A DNA stretch of 64,000 bases, filler included, from Stramenopiles sp. TOSAG23-6 (taxonomy: Eukaryota), in assembly GCA_900128565.1 (NCBI GenBank). It is 11 parts of 11 records of this genome, joined end to end, with 100 filler letters (N's around TTAATTAATTAA, not from the genome) between each part and the next. Parts side by side here need not be neighbours in the genome. Positions count along the whole stretch, not along the records: positions 35,260 to 41,026 come from LT636842.1; positions 41,127 to 46,889 come from LT636843.1; positions 46,990 to 52,741 come from LT636844.1; 8 more parts are not named here. One strand, given 5' to 3'. Position 1 is the first letter of the stretch; each line of letters begins with the position of its first letter. The notes below the pieces were generated by a model, which was given only the letters and a program-made list of their open reading frames with translations, was not told where the DNA came from and did not search any database. The position numbers and the translations under genes were made by a program. This document shows, piece after piece, positions 37,576 through 50,899 of the stretch.

Positions 37576-38574
37576 ATGTCTGCAGATAGATATGACGCAA
37601 ACAATATTTCTGAGAAAGCACCGTCACTGGCAGTAGTACTACATGAAATGGATACTTTGTTTCTAAGCCACTATGAAACTATCTTATCTGGTAAATATAA
37701 TCGTGAACTTACTCAAGGTCGGCAGCAGCTTCGACATATGATTTCTATTTTTCATAGTGTCATTGGTAATGTACTGTCTGATGATGTTGCTACTCAAGAT
37801 GCTGCTGAAGAGACCGTAGCACTCTATACAGATGAACATGTTGATGTTGGAGTGACTGCTTACAAAAGTGTTACCGAAGCTGATAAAGGTGTATCACCTC
37901 ATCACAATCCTGAACATCGACACTTATCTTTACATGGAAAACTTCATCGGCCATCTACAGATAACGCATGGGATACAGTGATTGAAAATACGAATGTTGT
38001 GAATAGTACAAATTCTTTGAAAGATATCCAAAATCCAACGTCAACCCAGCGTATGTCACGTAAGTCAAATTGGGTAAAGTTGAGAACAAAAATGAAATGT
38101 GTGTGGGCTCTTGCCCCACCTGAAACACGAAATAAATCAAGACGTTTATCTATTCATCGTGGAAGCATCTGTGGTGAATTTAATCCAATATCAAGTGATA
38201 ACTCATGGCAAGAAGAATCTTCATCAATACCCAAATCAAGTGACAACTCTTGGCTTAAAGAGTCATCAACAGGATCCAACAAACCCAATGGACAGTCACA
38301 TTCAATTCATGGTACACTAAACAAAATGAAAAATAAAAATCATGAAAAAATAGTAAATAGAAACAAATATAATGAAAATGAAGACCAAAAAACACGAAAT
38401 CCTGAAGTGAAGAAACTTGTTGATGAAATCGTTGAAGTATCAACAACTCCTATAGAGAAAGAAATAAAGATGGATGATACAAAACATTCAAATCATTTTG
38501 GATTTTTAAATGGTAAAAAGATTAAAAAAAAGAATTCAAAACATTTGTTAGCCAAAGCAAATATAAAAGCTCNT
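37576..38574 (+). CDS. Hypothetical protein (main exon; short terminal exon follows an intron)
   Basis: ~330-codon ORF ending at a family 5' motif. Confidence 0.55.
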
Positions 38575-38833
38575 GTACGTTTTCACATCATGAATTTATT
38601 AATTTATTTTTTTTCATACGAAATTTTGTACCTAACGATTTTTTTTTGAAAAAAAAAATATTTTTTCACAATATGAGGTGTTAAAAGCTTTTTAAGAATT
38701 TTTCCTAGAAGTCATAAGTAAACCCTCATCTCTCAATAATTTGAAATTGGTAAAGTGGACAAAATAACAAAGTCTTTTTTTATTTTCAACTCTAATAAAT
38801 GTATATAAGAATAAATTTTAAGAATTGTAAATT

Positions 38834-39976
38834 TTATTCATGACGCAGCTGATTATAAATTATTTCAATTTTTTGACGATGTCTTGCATTATCCGGAAAT
38901 TCCTGGCCCCACGTACGATAAATCATTTCAAGTTTTTGTAAAACTGTTGCATTATTTGGAAGTATTATGCCAATCCACGTTGCTATATTTTTCATCATTT
39001 CAATGGGCGATGACGGTTGTTGTTGTTGATTTTGTTGTTGTTGATTTTGTTGTTGATGTTGTTGTAGTTGTTGTTGTAGTAGTTGCAATTGTTGTTCTTG
39101 TTGTTGTATTATTTGTTGTTGTTGTTGTTGCTGTTGTTGTTGTTGTTGTTGTTGTAGTTGTTGTTGTTGTTGCTGTTGTTGTTGATTTTGTTGTTGTTGA
39201 TTTTGTTGTTGTTGTTGTTGTAGTTGTTGTTGATGCTGTTGTTTTTGTCGTTTTGGTGGTGGTGGTTGTTGATGTTGTTGTTGATGCTGTCGTTTTTGTC
39301 GTTGTAATCGTTGTAGTACTTTTTGATGAGTTTGTTCTAGTTGCTGATGATAACCTGGTTGTTGTTGTTGTTGATGCTGTCGTAACAATTTTTTTGCTTC
39401 CTCATACCTGTTATCAATACCTTTTAGACGACAATATCGGACATTTGTATTTGCATCTTTCAAATCAAAAGCCTTTTGATAATAATGTACTGCATTTTTT
39501 AGCAACTCAATGTCTTCCACAACCCCATACTCATTCACTGCATGATTGTGGTGCATCTGGGCAAGCTCAAATTTGCAAATAACCATATTTTTAATTTGGT
39601 ATGCACTATTTTGTTCATCATGTACATTTTCTAATGTGTTAATGGCCATCTCGAAATATTCTTTTGCGTCTTCAAAGTCGGGACCCCGGAGAAAATTACC
39701 ACTTCTATCAGACTTATCATACATAAAATATAAAGCTATTCTGTGTTGGCCTTCAAACATTAATTTGAGAGAGTCATCAGACGTGTTACCTTGCAAAGTT
39801 TCAACAATTTTTCCATAGTAATTTTTCAACTCTTCTTGAATTTTTTCATCAGGTTCCTGAAAGACATGGCTTCCATTTACACATGTGGCATACTTTTTAA
39901 ACAAGTCTTTGATGCTATTTAACCACTTTGTAGCCTGTTCTCTATCTTGATTGATTTGCGATCGACTCCTAGACAT
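38834..39976 (-). CDS. TPR-like helical protein with poly-Q tract
   Basis: DAKEYFEMAI and NAVHYYQKAF; (CAA)n tract. Confidence 0.65.
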   Translation of the reverse strand: MSRSRSQINQDREQATKWLNSIKDLFKKYATCVNGSHVFQEPDEKIQEELKNYYGKIVETLQGNTSDDSLKLMFEGQHRIALYFMYDKSDRSGNFLRGPDFEDAKEYFEMAINTLENVHDEQNSAYQIKNMVICKFELAQMHHNHAVNEYGVVEDIELLKNAVHYYQKAFDLKDANTNVRYCRLKGIDNRYEEAKKLLRQHQQQQQPGYHQQLEQTHQKVLQRLQRQKRQHQQQHQQPPPPKRQKQQHQQQLQQQQQQNQQQQNQQQQQQQQQLQQQQQQQQQQQQQQIIQQQEQQLQLLQQQLQQHQQQNQQQQNQQQQPSSPIEMMKNIATWIGIILPNNATVLQKLEMIYRTWGQEFPDNARHRQKIEIIYNQLRHE

Positions 39977-40405
39977 TTTCTTTGTGTACAGTATACTCAA
40001 GATTGCGTCGCGCATGCGAGCTCTCGAGCTCGATCATCTCGCGACTGTGCGCGACTCGCAAAGATCAGCTGACCAAAAAAAACTCTTTGCGTTTTCAAGG
40101 ACAAACCTGTTTTTTATACAATTGATCCAAATATAATATTTGAAATATAACATATTTATACTATGAATCATTCAAAACATTCAAACTATTCTATAAATGG
40201 TAACAAGATTTAAAAAAAGAATTCAAAACAAAAGCAAATTTAAAAGCCGTCATAAATTTCCAAAATCAATTTTCTTTACATTTTTTTTACTATAAAATTA
40301 ATCCAAAATAATGTAAAACATGTTATTTATTTAAATTTTTTTTTTTTTAGTCTACATCATCACCTGATTTCAGATTCATCAAAAGTCCAAACATCGCCTA
40401 TACTA

Positions 40406-40972
40406 CTATTTTTTATCATTATGAGCTGAGCTACTAGGAATCACGGGAGAAAATAATGTTAAGCCAGAGGATCCACAGCGTCGTAATTTACCATGCATTT
40501 TGGAAAAATATTTCAAAAAAAAAAATATTTTTTTCGTTAGGTACAAAATTTCGTATGAAAAAAAAATCCGATTTTTCTGTAAAAAAAAAATGAAACATAC
40601 ACGCAAAGTTTGATTTGAGACACTAGTAACAATTACACAGTAATTTCCCCAGCCTTCAGGTACTGGTGTAGCTGCACAAGCACCACCTAAACGTACGATT
40701 GAATCAGCTGGAAATTTTTCATCAATTTCCCACAACTCATGTATTTTGGAACAATATTTCAAAAAAAAAATTTGAAAATTTGTTAGGTACAATCGATTTT
40801 TTTTTTACCGGAAAAAAAAAATAAATAAAAAACATACAAAAACTATATCTGGCCATTCCCAACCTGTTTTTTCATCAAGTCTTGCAATTTCATCAGTTCT
40901 ATGAAATGCTGAGACTAACCACTCAGGTCGGGGATCAACAAACGTTGGAAACAACACGAAAACATGGACAGT
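40406..40972 (-). CDS. Hypothetical protein, 3' exons (5'-truncated)
   Basis: Three open exons separated by family introns. Confidence 0.5.
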
Positions 40973-41180
40973 ATGTATTTTGGAAAAATATTTCAAAAAA
41001 AAAATCGTTAGGTACAAAATTTCGTANNNNNNNNNNNNNNNNNNNNNNNNNNNNNNNNNNNNNNNNNNNNTTAATTAATTAANNNNNNNNNNNNNNNNNN
41101 NNNNNNNNNNNNNNNNNNNNNNNNNNTTTGTACCTAACAATTTTTTTAGATTTTTTTTGAAATATTTTTCCAAAATACAT

Positions 41181-43068
41181 GCTAATTGCGAGCTCACATT
41201 TATGGATATTGGTAATATTCATGTAATGCGAAATTCTCTTTCTGAGTTTTGTAAAGTTTTACAAGCCGAAAGAGTAGAAGAAAAAGAAAAAGTGAGATCG
41301 AATAGAATCCATATGAGAAAAATGTATGTTTTATTTTATTTTTTTTTCGATTTTGAATTTTTTTTTCGTACGAAATTTTGTACCTAACAATTTTTTTTAG
41401 ATTTTTTTTTTGAAATATTTTTACAAAATACATTCAAATAGAACAATGGAGAAAATTAAATTTTGATAAATTGAATGATACGTTGAAAAAATCAGGCTTT
41501 GGTGATTGGGAACTTGTCAGAGACTCTGATATGTTACGTAGTTCATTAGGTATAGAATATAGTACGAAAAAAAATAGAAAACCTGAAAAAAATAGTAAGG
41601 AAAATAATAATTCTAAGTCTAATTCGAAAGATGAAAATACAAAATCAAAATTGAAGGATTTTTCGTGTCCTAATGAGAACAAACATCCTAATTTTAATGT
41701 AAAAGATGAAAATAGAAAAAATATTTCAAAGTTGACAAGGAACCCTAGCCCTAATTTCTACTATTATAGTAATAATGTGACTCCGTCGTCTAGTTCGTTG
41801 TGTGAGGCTGATGTATGTTTTATTTCTTTTTCAAATTCTATTTTTTTTTCATACGAAATTTTGTACCTAACGTTTTTTTTTTCAAATATTTTTCCAAAAT
41901 ACATTATCAGAGATCTCAACGCTGTCGTTTAGGTATTTCTCGTAGTGGTTGGCTTGTACATATTTGTAAAGTTTTGGAGGCTGCATCGTTTACTGCAAGA
42001 AAAATGGATTTATCTCAGCAGTCTGTTTTAATTCATTGTAGCGATGGTTGGGACAGAACTGCTCAAATTTGTGCTCTTACCCAACTTCTCCTAGATCCAT
42101 ATTACAGAACATTTCAAGGGTTTCAAGTATTAATAGCTAAAGAATGGCTCTCATTTGGTCATAAATTCAAGGATCGGTGTGGTATGGGAGATACGTTTTC
42201 ATCATGATTTTTGTTTTTATAGTTAATTTTGTACCTAACGAATGTTTTTACTAACAAAAAAAAAAAAAAAATATTTTTCACAATATATATCCCAGTAAAT
42301 CTGGAGAAGTGTCTCCCGTTTTTATCCAATTTTGTGATTGTGTATTCCAATTACAAACACAATTCCCATCAGCATTTGAATTCAACTCGAAACTATTAAT
42401 AGCACTTGCAGATTTCGCCCACTCATGTACATTTTCATCATTTCAATTTTTTATCTACAATGTTTTTTCGTACGAAATTTTGTACTTAACAAAAAAAAAA
42501 AAAAAAAAAATATTTTTCACAAAATATCTTGGTTTGGTAATTTTTTAGGAAATTGTGAAAGAGAGAGATTTTTAGAATTACGTGTCCGAGAACAAACTTT
42601 TAGTGTTTGGGATTATTTTGATGTCAATCGTAAGCAATTTATTAATTTAGGATATATCAAGGAGCTTAAGGGTCTTTTAGTGTTACTTCCAGCAACGACA
42701 CCGATGTTCGTTTTCATCATGAATTTCAAATTTATGTTTTTTTTTTCGTAGGAAATTTTGTACCTAACGATTTTTAAAAATATTTTTTCACAATACAGGA
42801 GCATTCGAATCTGGTCAGAGTATTATTGTCGTGATGTCACTCATCGCAGTGGTGTAGATATGTTATATAGAGATAGTAGAGATCACGAGCTTATATATGA
42901 TCATTCAGCACATGTACGTTTTCAAAATTGAATTTTTTACCTACATTTTTTTGCGTAGTAAATTTTGTACCTAATGAATTTTTAATCAAAAAAAAAAAAG
43001 AAAAATATTTTTTCACAATACATATATTACACGATAGAAATGCGTCTGCTATTCGATATAAATCATGA
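41181..43068 (+). CDS. MTMR: Myotubularin-family phosphoinositide 3-phosphatase, 5'-truncated (introns 41324-41433, 41813-41904, 42191-42288, 42427-42527, 42706-42798, 42914-43023)
   Basis: IGNIHVMRNS, active site HCSDGWDRTAQ, KEWLSFGHKF, SPVFIQF, FPSAFEFN and FGNFLGNCERER. Confidence 0.93.
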
Positions 43069-43834
43069 TAATATTATACAATCAAATCTTAGTTTTAGTG
43101 GAAGCTTGGGCGGAGAATTTTGTTCAAAAAAATCCAAAAAATGAATTCCAGAAGAGTTAAAAAATAAAAATTAAAAAATTAAAAAAAACATATATTTTTA
43201 AAATTTAAATTTGTTCTTTTATGAACCGCCAGAAACGAGACTTACCCGCGGGTAATTTAGGGTTCTACCCACGAAATAATGAGCATGCAATCATTCGAAT
43301 TGTTTGTTGTTTTGCTCTTCTTTAAGTATAAGCACTCCCGGTTCCATTTTTTTTTTTTGAAAATTTCAAAATTGACTTACATCAGTCTGGTCAGTCGCGC
43401 CATCAGTCATGTCACGTGACACATATTGATCCGCTATTTTATTATTTTTCAGAAATGAATATTATTATTATTATTATTCATTATAATAACATTATTTTTC
43501 ATTATAATAATGTAAGAACGACATGTTTGTTCCTAATATAATAAGTGAAATAACCCCAACCCTAAATATAATAAGATTGTAATATAAAATAACCCCTAAC
43601 CCTAATATAATAATAATAATTGCTTTTTTGAAGATATTATAATAACGTTATTATAACATAAAATAATTATTTTTTATTATTATTATTATTTCGTGCGGAA
43701 CAATAGTGACACAGGAGCAGTCTAGTCTCACAAAATCAATTATCGTACGAACAAACGTAAGCTACCGGTCAGTAATTACCAGCTCTAGACTCTAGAGTAT
43801 TTCCTTTACTTCAAATTTATTCTTTTATCAAAAG

Positions 43835-46803
43835 ATGTACTTCGTTTATCTGTTTCTATCAGTGCTAATAATACCTGTACATGGTGTAATGAACAAAGGT
43901 GGAGTGCCTTACAAAATTTCAAACGCTCTAGGAGATGGCTACTCCACAGACTTTGAAAAGAACCAGCTACATGGAAAAGTTGAACACTTTGATGTTTATG
44001 GAGAAGTGAGAACAAACTACAGCCAGATATATTGGACTCGAAATAACGAGATTAATTTACCATCTGCAATTGTAGAACGCTTCAAGGACAAGGTCATGGT
44101 AATAACAGGATACGAAATTGACCAAGTCATTCATCCTGGAGAAGAAGAAGGTTCAACAACAGTTGGTGAGTCTCTGGGTGGATTTTCATGTTACCCGGAT
44201 TGTAGTGAAGGTGATGTATCTGTACCTATATATAATGCATATAATCATCATTACTTTTCATGGCTTGTGGGTAGCGATGCTGAAGTCTACGCCAAAAAGA
44301 AGCTTACGGAAATTCCAAATCCAACAAAAAACCGGAGTCCGAAAAATACCTGGTACACGTGACCATGGCTACCCTACAAACATTGTGTTCAAAGAAAACC
44401 CTGGTGGAGAGTATCGTAAATCTTATCATGGATATCCAAGTGGATATGGTCAATTAATTTTCTCTCCAGATAGATGGATTGTAGAGCCAATGCAAATGTA
44501 TGCTTTATTTTTTTTCAATTTCGATTTTTTTTTTCGTACGAAATTTTGTACCTAACAATTTTTAGTTTTTTTTTTTAATATTTTTCCAAAACACATAGAC
44601 ACACATAATCGAAATTATAACATTACTGAACAAGTTGGTTATATACCGTGGTTTCTTCCTCAACGGCAAAGTAATAAAACCATCACAGAATTAGATAATT
44701 TAATGTCGCCATTGATTGAATGTATGTTTTATTTTTTTTCAAATTCGAAATTGTTTTTTCGTACGAAATTTTGTACCTAACAATTTTTTTTAGAATTTTT
44801 TAATATTTTTCCAAAATACATGTCCTTGTTCTGATAGAATAACAAAACGTCAAGAGCAATCATCTCAAATACTTACACGTGGTGTTTGTATGTTTTCATC
44901 ATGAATTTCAAATTTATTTATTTTTTTTTTTTGGATTTTTTTTTTTTTTTTTGAAATGTATGTTTTCATTTGAATTTGTTTTATGTATGAAAATTGTATA
45001 CCAAACAAATTTCAAAATTTGACATACTTTTCCAAAATACATGTAGTACAACAATAGATTCATTCAATGAGTGTGTATCAGCAGCCAAAGCAACAGGTGC
45101 GGTTATTACATCAAGTTCTAAAGTATCTGATTCAACAAAACCATATGGATGCTTAATATCACCAAATAAATCTAATTCTAGAGTCATGGTGAATATTAAA
45201 GGTGAAGATTTCAGTGACAAACAAATGGAATATGCAGTTTTTTTCAATACAGCAAAGAAGTCGTCAAACATGTGTGGAAGTCAATCAAAATCACTTTCAC
45301 TTGAAGGAAACGGAAGTTTTCTAAATGATGCCGTATCTATATCTATACAGCATGATGGAGTTACTGCTCGTATTACCATGACAGGTCCAGATAAAGTTTG
45401 GTTTGGTGTGGGATTTGGGGCAACGGCGATGAAAGATTTGCCATATTCAATTATCATTGATGGCATCGGAAATATTACTGAAAGAAAACTTGGAAACCAT
45501 GAATGTTTTATTTTTTTTTCAATTTCGAATTTTGTTTTCGTACGAAAATTTGTACCTAACGATTTTTTTTCAAAATATTTTTTCATAATCCATGACCCTG
45601 GAACCATTTTGAAGTCATCTATTACAGTTGTATCAAACACAGTGACTGGCGGAACCCGTACAGTTGTGATGACAAGATTAGTCACTGGAAAAATACCGGA
45701 CTATTATAATATCCCAAAAGTCCCAGGCAAAATTAATGTGATTACAGCAATTGGAGCAACATCTACATTTTCATACCATGCGCATAGAACTGGTGCTTCA
45801 CTGGTGCTCTTGCCCATGAGTGTTCCTGCATGTATTTGTAAACCGACATCAACATCCTATTTAACATATATGGAAAATACTGCATTACAAAGCACTTCGG
45901 AATTTTACTATGATTGCGTTGATGAGCCAAGATCTGATATGCTACGACATGGTGATGGCACAGGAAGAAATGTACCAAATGCAGCATGTAATATGGAAAC
46001 ATATCATGTATGTTTTATTTTTTTTCAATTTTTTTTTTGTAATTTTGTTTTTGTACGAAATTTTGTACCTAACAAATTTTATTTTTTTTTTTTTGAAATA
46101 TTTTTCCAAAATACATGGGGGATTGAAATGTTGCGAGCATTCGTGGTATCTTACTGATAAAGAACAAGAAAGTCGAATTCCAAAAAATATGCAAGATAAA
46201 TACTTTTTGAAATGGAGGTATTATTTCCAGGAGTATACACCAGCAACAACAGATGGTTCGATTGTAACAATGCCTTCTCATTTACATTTAAAACATTTTG
46301 TATTTTTGATTGATGCAAGTGTCAACGATTACGAAGAAGATAATGCACATGTACGTTTTCAAAATTGAATTTCAAATTTATCTTTTTTTCATACGAAATT
46401 CCGTACCTAACGAATTTTGACTACATTTTTTTTTCACAATACAGTATGGTCATAAAAGTATTGGTAAAATTACGGCACATCTAAAAGCAAAAGATTTGGG
46501 ACTTGACGGAAGTGTTGATAACACTTATACTAAAATCCTACCCTTTGTTATGACTCCTCATTGTGTATTTTGAATTTTTTAACAAACAATTCTATAATAA
46601 TGTTTTTTTGTTTTGGTTTTCATACGAAATTTTGTACCTAACAAAAAAAAAATAATGTATCCTTTTGATTACAATTGAATTCATTATTATTACATTTTGA
46701 CGTATTATACATACTATATCATGCACCAAGCTGTATACGAGAAGAAATATGGAATGCAGATACAAATAAAATTCTTTGTAATGTAACGGCATTGTATGGG
46801 GAT
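43835..46803 (+). CDS. Secreted multi-domain protein with a DOMON-like domain and His-rich motifs, multi-exon; +1 frameshift in an A-run near 44328
   Basis: Signal peptide; YNHHYF, WFGVGFGATAM, FSYHAHR and PHCHAPSC. Confidence 0.7.
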
Positions 46804-46990
46804 GTATGTTTTATTGTTTTTCAAATTCGATTTTTTTTTTCGTACGAAATTTTGTACCTAACGTTTTTTTTTTCAAATATTTTTCCAAANNNNNNNNNNN
46901 NNNNNNNNNNNNNNNNNNNNNNNNNNNNNNNNNTTAATTAATTAANNNNNNNNNNNNNNNNNNNNNNNNNNNNNNNNNNNNNNNNNNNNT

Positions 46991-47129
46991 ATATGTACAA
47001 GAGTCATTTATATGTAAAAAATATATGTACAAGAGTCATTTATATGTAAAAAATATATGCAAAAATATTATGACTCACAATTGTCAAAAATATTATGACT
47101 CATCATTGTCAAAAATATTATGACTCACC
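46991..47129. repeat. Short tandem duplications (TATATGTACAAGAGTCATTTATATGTAAAAA x2; CAAAAATATTATGACTCA x3)
   Basis: Directly visible. Confidence 0.8.
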
Positions 47130-47169
47130 ATTATCCCACCCCACTATCAACTTCCAAAACTGGCTAATT

Positions 47170-48879
47170 TCATTCTTCCAACGAAAATATCTTCTTCCCA
47201 TAAGTGGTCCATTCGTTTGTTAAATATTCGAATATTTCCATTCCGAGTCTCTTTTGAATGTGTACCTGTATTTCTTGATCAGGAACTTTCGTGGTATCTC
47301 CAATAAGCTTTTCCCAAAGTATTGCGTTTAAATTATATCTTATTGCCCGCCTCAAACAAACAAAAGAAGAAACAAATTTTATTTGCTCAGGGTTTAAACG
47401 AGGATGTCTTACTACATCAGGACGTTCAATCATAGCCCGCAATCGCAAAAATATAACATCCTGAACGATCTCTCGATTTTCCTTGTTAATACGAGAGTTT
47501 TTCGCTAAATTTATTAAAGTTTGAATATCTTCTGTATATTGTGCGAAGATTAACCTAGCTTTTTTCGGTGTGTATGGTTTATCATCGGTAATACGTAAAA
47601 AAAGTAGCTTCAGTTCTTCATTAGATCTGAAGTTGGTGAACCCATACTGTAGGAGATCTACACCGTATCTTGGGTTATATTGTAGTGCCACCGTCATCGC
47701 TGTACGACTTACGACACGAGTACCTGTGTTGACTCCCCCCCCAAGAATCACGTTTGGGTCTCCACGGTTTTGCCCTTGGTTTTGCATGAAAAGTTCAAAA
47801 CAATTACGTCGATTAAACTTAATCGCCAATGTAACATGGTCATGTTGGTTATTCGTGTAATGCAGCATAGCTTTCGACATTGATACATTTGGAAACAAAG
47901 AAGGCCATTTATTGACTATACTCTTAATGACATACATTCTAGCTTTTTCTTTTTTAACGTGTGGATTCCTTGGTGAAGCCACCAAAAACTTCCAAAGTAC
48001 CGAAACAACATCTCTCATTGACTTGAATGTGAAACCATATTTCTTAAAATAATCGGCATAATGATGAAGTGCGTGAAAATATCGCATTTTAAACAAAAAA
48101 ACAACCATCTCTTTACTGCTGTGTTCCAATGCATAATCCATAATATCGTACTCGATACCAAAGTCATCAAAAAATGTTTTTGTTCTCAAAGAATCAAGTG
48201 TAGAGAGTAGATTTTTATATCTAGGATACTCCTCTGGAAATTTTTTTAGCCAATTCTCTTTTTCCTCACGAGACGCGACTTTCAACTTTTTCGATACATT
48301 TTTGACCCAAGCAAAATGTCGATTTAAAAGTTTTACCATTTTCAAATCATTTGCGATAACTGCCATCGATACTGGGTTTTCGTTGGCCAAGTTGGTGAGG
48401 CTCACGTCTGCGTCAAACTCTTTAACAAGTTCATTAACTGCATTATATTCCTTTTTCCGAACGGCAATATGAAGAACAGTATCAAAATCGTCGTTAAACG
48501 CATTAATATTTACTTCACCTTTAATATACGACGTTCTCAAACGTTCGATATGCATTAAAAGTTCATAATTTTTTGAGATTGGACGTTTTGGGTCGTAGTC
48601 ATATCCGAATTCAGCAATGTTCAAAAGAGTATCTTCCTCCTCTCCGTTTTCCATAAGATCAAATCCCTCGTAAAGTAAGCCAAGTAAATCGTCATTACCA
48701 ACATCATCCATGTCCATGAGGTCCATGAGTGAAGATAAATCATGTTCATCAACCTCTTTTGGAGCAACCGCGTTTGGAGTTGGAGTACTACTTGGGACTC
48801 CTCTTAAGAATACACTTGCAGCAGAAACCAATGTACTATAGAGAAAGCATAATACGAGAAAATAGTGTAACGCAAACAT
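47170..48879 (-). CDS. Signal-peptide protein with ankyrin repeats
   Basis: MFALHYFLVLCFLYSTLVSA; DTVLHIAVRK and ENPVSMAV. Confidence 0.75.
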   Translation of the reverse strand: MFALHYFLVLCFLYSTLVSAASVFLRGVPSSTPTPNAVAPKEVDEHDLSSLMDLMDMDDVGNDDLLGLLYEGFDLMENGEEEDTLLNIAEFGYDYDPKRPISKNYELLMHIERLRTSYIKGEVNINAFNDDFDTVLHIAVRKKEYNAVNELVKEFDADVSLTNLANENPVSMAVIANDLKMVKLLNRHFAWVKNVSKKLKVASREEKENWLKKFPEEYPRYKNLLSTLDSLRTKTFFDDFGIEYDIMDYALEHSSKEMVVFLFKMRYFHALHHYADYFKKYGFTFKSMRDVVSVLWKFLVASPRNPHVKKEKARMYVIKSIVNKWPSLFPNVSMSKAMLHYTNNQHDHVTLAIKFNRRNCFELFMQNQGQNRGDPNVILGGGVNTGTRVVSRTAMTVALQYNPRYGVDLLQYGFTNFRSNEELKLLFLRITDDKPYTPKKARLIFAQYTEDIQTLINLAKNSRINKENREIVQDVIFLRLRAMIERPDVVRHPRLNPEQIKFVSSFVCLRRAIRYNLNAILWEKLIGDTTKVPDQEIQVHIQKRLGMEIFEYLTNEWTTYGKKIFSLEE

Positions 48880-49225
48880 ACTTTATAACTGAGGTTGAGT
48901 ATAGATTTTTATATGAGCACTCAGTTTTCAAATCGTACTGCAACTCTGTAATAGATTCAGCAGTTCGAGTTCGACAAGTTCCTCAACTGGCGAGGAACTC
49001 AAAAGTAGCAACACTGGCTCTAAATGACGCTGATTTCATACAAAAATCCGTACCTAAAAAATTGGTCAGCTGACATGACGTTTTCATGAAATCGGCCGTG
49101 CGCATCTCAAAGTCACTTCTACCCATTCAATTTATCAACAGGAAGCTTCCTAAAATTGTACCGTCTTCAAATTTAGCTCTTACTCTACAGGAAACAACAC
49201 AAGTGCTCAACATAATTTTAAAACA

Positions 49226-50899
49226 ATGAAAACAACACGTGTATTCGTTCTTTTGGTTATACTATGTAACGCAAGATTTGTACATGCAACATCACCAGCA
49301 GCGCCAGCAGCGAGAAGCGATGAAGACGATGACTTGACTGATGAAACAACGCCATTGAATAATATACCAGAGTACACTTTGAATCCGTTTCTCACTGTAC
49401 CTGATATCGTATCTCTGTCCACTATAAATAAGATGATGCGTCAGCAGGTGAGTAATGAGTCTGAGCTCTTGGCAAGTGGCTTCATCACGGAAGTTGCGAG
49501 AGAATTTGGACGATACACCAATGAAGAAGAAATAAAAGAATCTACCGAAAAACCAGAAAACGAACCTTCATTAAAGTGGCTATATCGTGGACAAAGAATT
49601 CACAGAATGGTTTTTCAAATTCCTAATCAATTCAAAAATACAAGAAGGGATCTTACAAGGAAAGAAAACGAAAGCCGTGATATTTGGCTACACCGCATTG
49701 AAAGCATCTTATTGGAAAGAGAAGCTTTGATTGAATTGTATAATAATACAAATGGAATTAATTGGAACGATAACGAAAATTGGAAAACAGATGCGGATAT
49801 TTGTGACTGGTATGGAGTTAAGTGTGTTAATGGAAGTGTTACTGCATTGACCTTGGCCCAAAACAATCTATCTGGTTCAATACCAAGTGAAATTGGTCAA
49901 CTAAGAAAGCTCGAACATTTGATGTTGAAGAACAACGAATTATCTGGTGAAATTCCAACGGAAATTGGTCAACTAACAAATCTTAAAACATTGAACTTGT
50001 CATGGAACAAACTAACTGGTTCAATTCCAAAGCAAATTGGTCAACTAACAAATCTAAGATGGTTGCGTTTGGATGAAAACCAACTATCTGGTTCAATACC
50101 GAGTGAAATTGGTGATCTAACAAATCTCAAACAATTGGTCTTGCACACAAACCAACTATCTGGTTCAATACCAAATGAAATTGGTCAACTAGTAAGTCTT
50201 GAATATTTGAACTTGCTAGACAACAATCTATCTGGTTCAATACCAACGGAAATTGGTCAGCTAACAAGTCTCAAAGAATTGAAGTTGCCAGGCAACGAAC
50301 TAACTGATTCAATTCCAACGGAAATTGGTCGACTAATAAATCTCAATGAATTGAGTTTGTATGGCAACGAACTATTTGGTTCATTACCAAAAGAAATTGG
50401 TCAACTAACAAATCTCGAAGAATTGGGCTTGGCCTTCAACAGACTATGTGGTTCAATTCCGACAGAAATTGGTCAACTAACAAGTCTCAAAACATTGGAC
50501 TTGCAATACAACAAACTATCTGGTCCAATACCGACAGAAATTGGTCAACTAACAAGTCTTTACAAATTGAACTTGCGAAACAACAATCTATTTGGTTCAA
50601 TTCCAATGGAAATTGGTCAACTAACAAACCTTACAGATTTTTACTTGGTACTCAACAACCTATCTGGTCCAATTCCAAATGAAATTGGTCAGCTAACAAG
50701 TCTTGAACATTTGGTCTTGGGAGACAACAAACTAACTGGTCCAATACCGACAGAAATTGGTCAACTATCAAATCTCAAAACATTGGACTTGCAATACAAC
50801 AAACTATCTGGTCCAATACCAAACGAAATTGATCAACTATCAAATCTCAAAACATTGGACTTGGCAGCTAACAAACTATCTGGTCCAATTTCCAAGTGA
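49226..50899 (+). CDS. Signal peptide + F-box-like motif + LRRNT + plant-type 24-aa LRR protein (frameshift near the C-terminus)
   Basis: ICDWYGVKC cap; ~14 repeats of LxLxxNxLSGxIPxEIGQLxxL. Confidence 0.9.
   Translation: MKTTRVFVLLVILCNARFVHATSPAAPAARSDEDDDLTDETTPLNNIPEYTLNPFLTVPDIVSLSTINKMMRQQVSNESELLASGFITEVAREFGRYTNEEEIKESTEKPENEPSLKWLYRGQRIHRMVFQIPNQFKNTRRDLTRKENESRDIWLHRIESILLEREALIELYNNTNGINWNDNENWKTDADICDWYGVKCVNGSVTALTLAQNNLSGSIPSEIGQLRKLEHLMLKNNELSGEIPTEIGQLTNLKTLNLSWNKLTGSIPKQIGQLTNLRWLRLDENQLSGSIPSEIGDLTNLKQLVLHTNQLSGSIPNEIGQLVSLEYLNLLDNNLSGSIPTEIGQLTSLKELKLPGNELTDSIPTEIGRLINLNELSLYGNELFGSLPKEIGQLTNLEELGLAFNRLCGSIPTEIGQLTSLKTLDLQYNKLSGPIPTEIGQLTSLYKLNLRNNNLFGSIPMEIGQLTNLTDFYLVLNNLSGPIPNEIGQLTSLEHLVLGDNKLTGPIPTEIGQLSNLKTLDLQYNKLSGPIPNEIDQLSNLKTLDLAANKLSGPISK

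Noticed and set aside
38884-39582. Poly-Val, poly-Leu and poly-Lys/Phe ORFs (also 36280-36595 and 33911-34256)
   Set aside because: Shadow frames of (CAA)n tracts and poly-T intron stretches
44322-44332. Programmed frameshifts (also ~12420, ~36290, ~50890)
   Set aside because: Occur in homopolymers, repeats or low-quality regions; consensus errors or decay are more parsimonious
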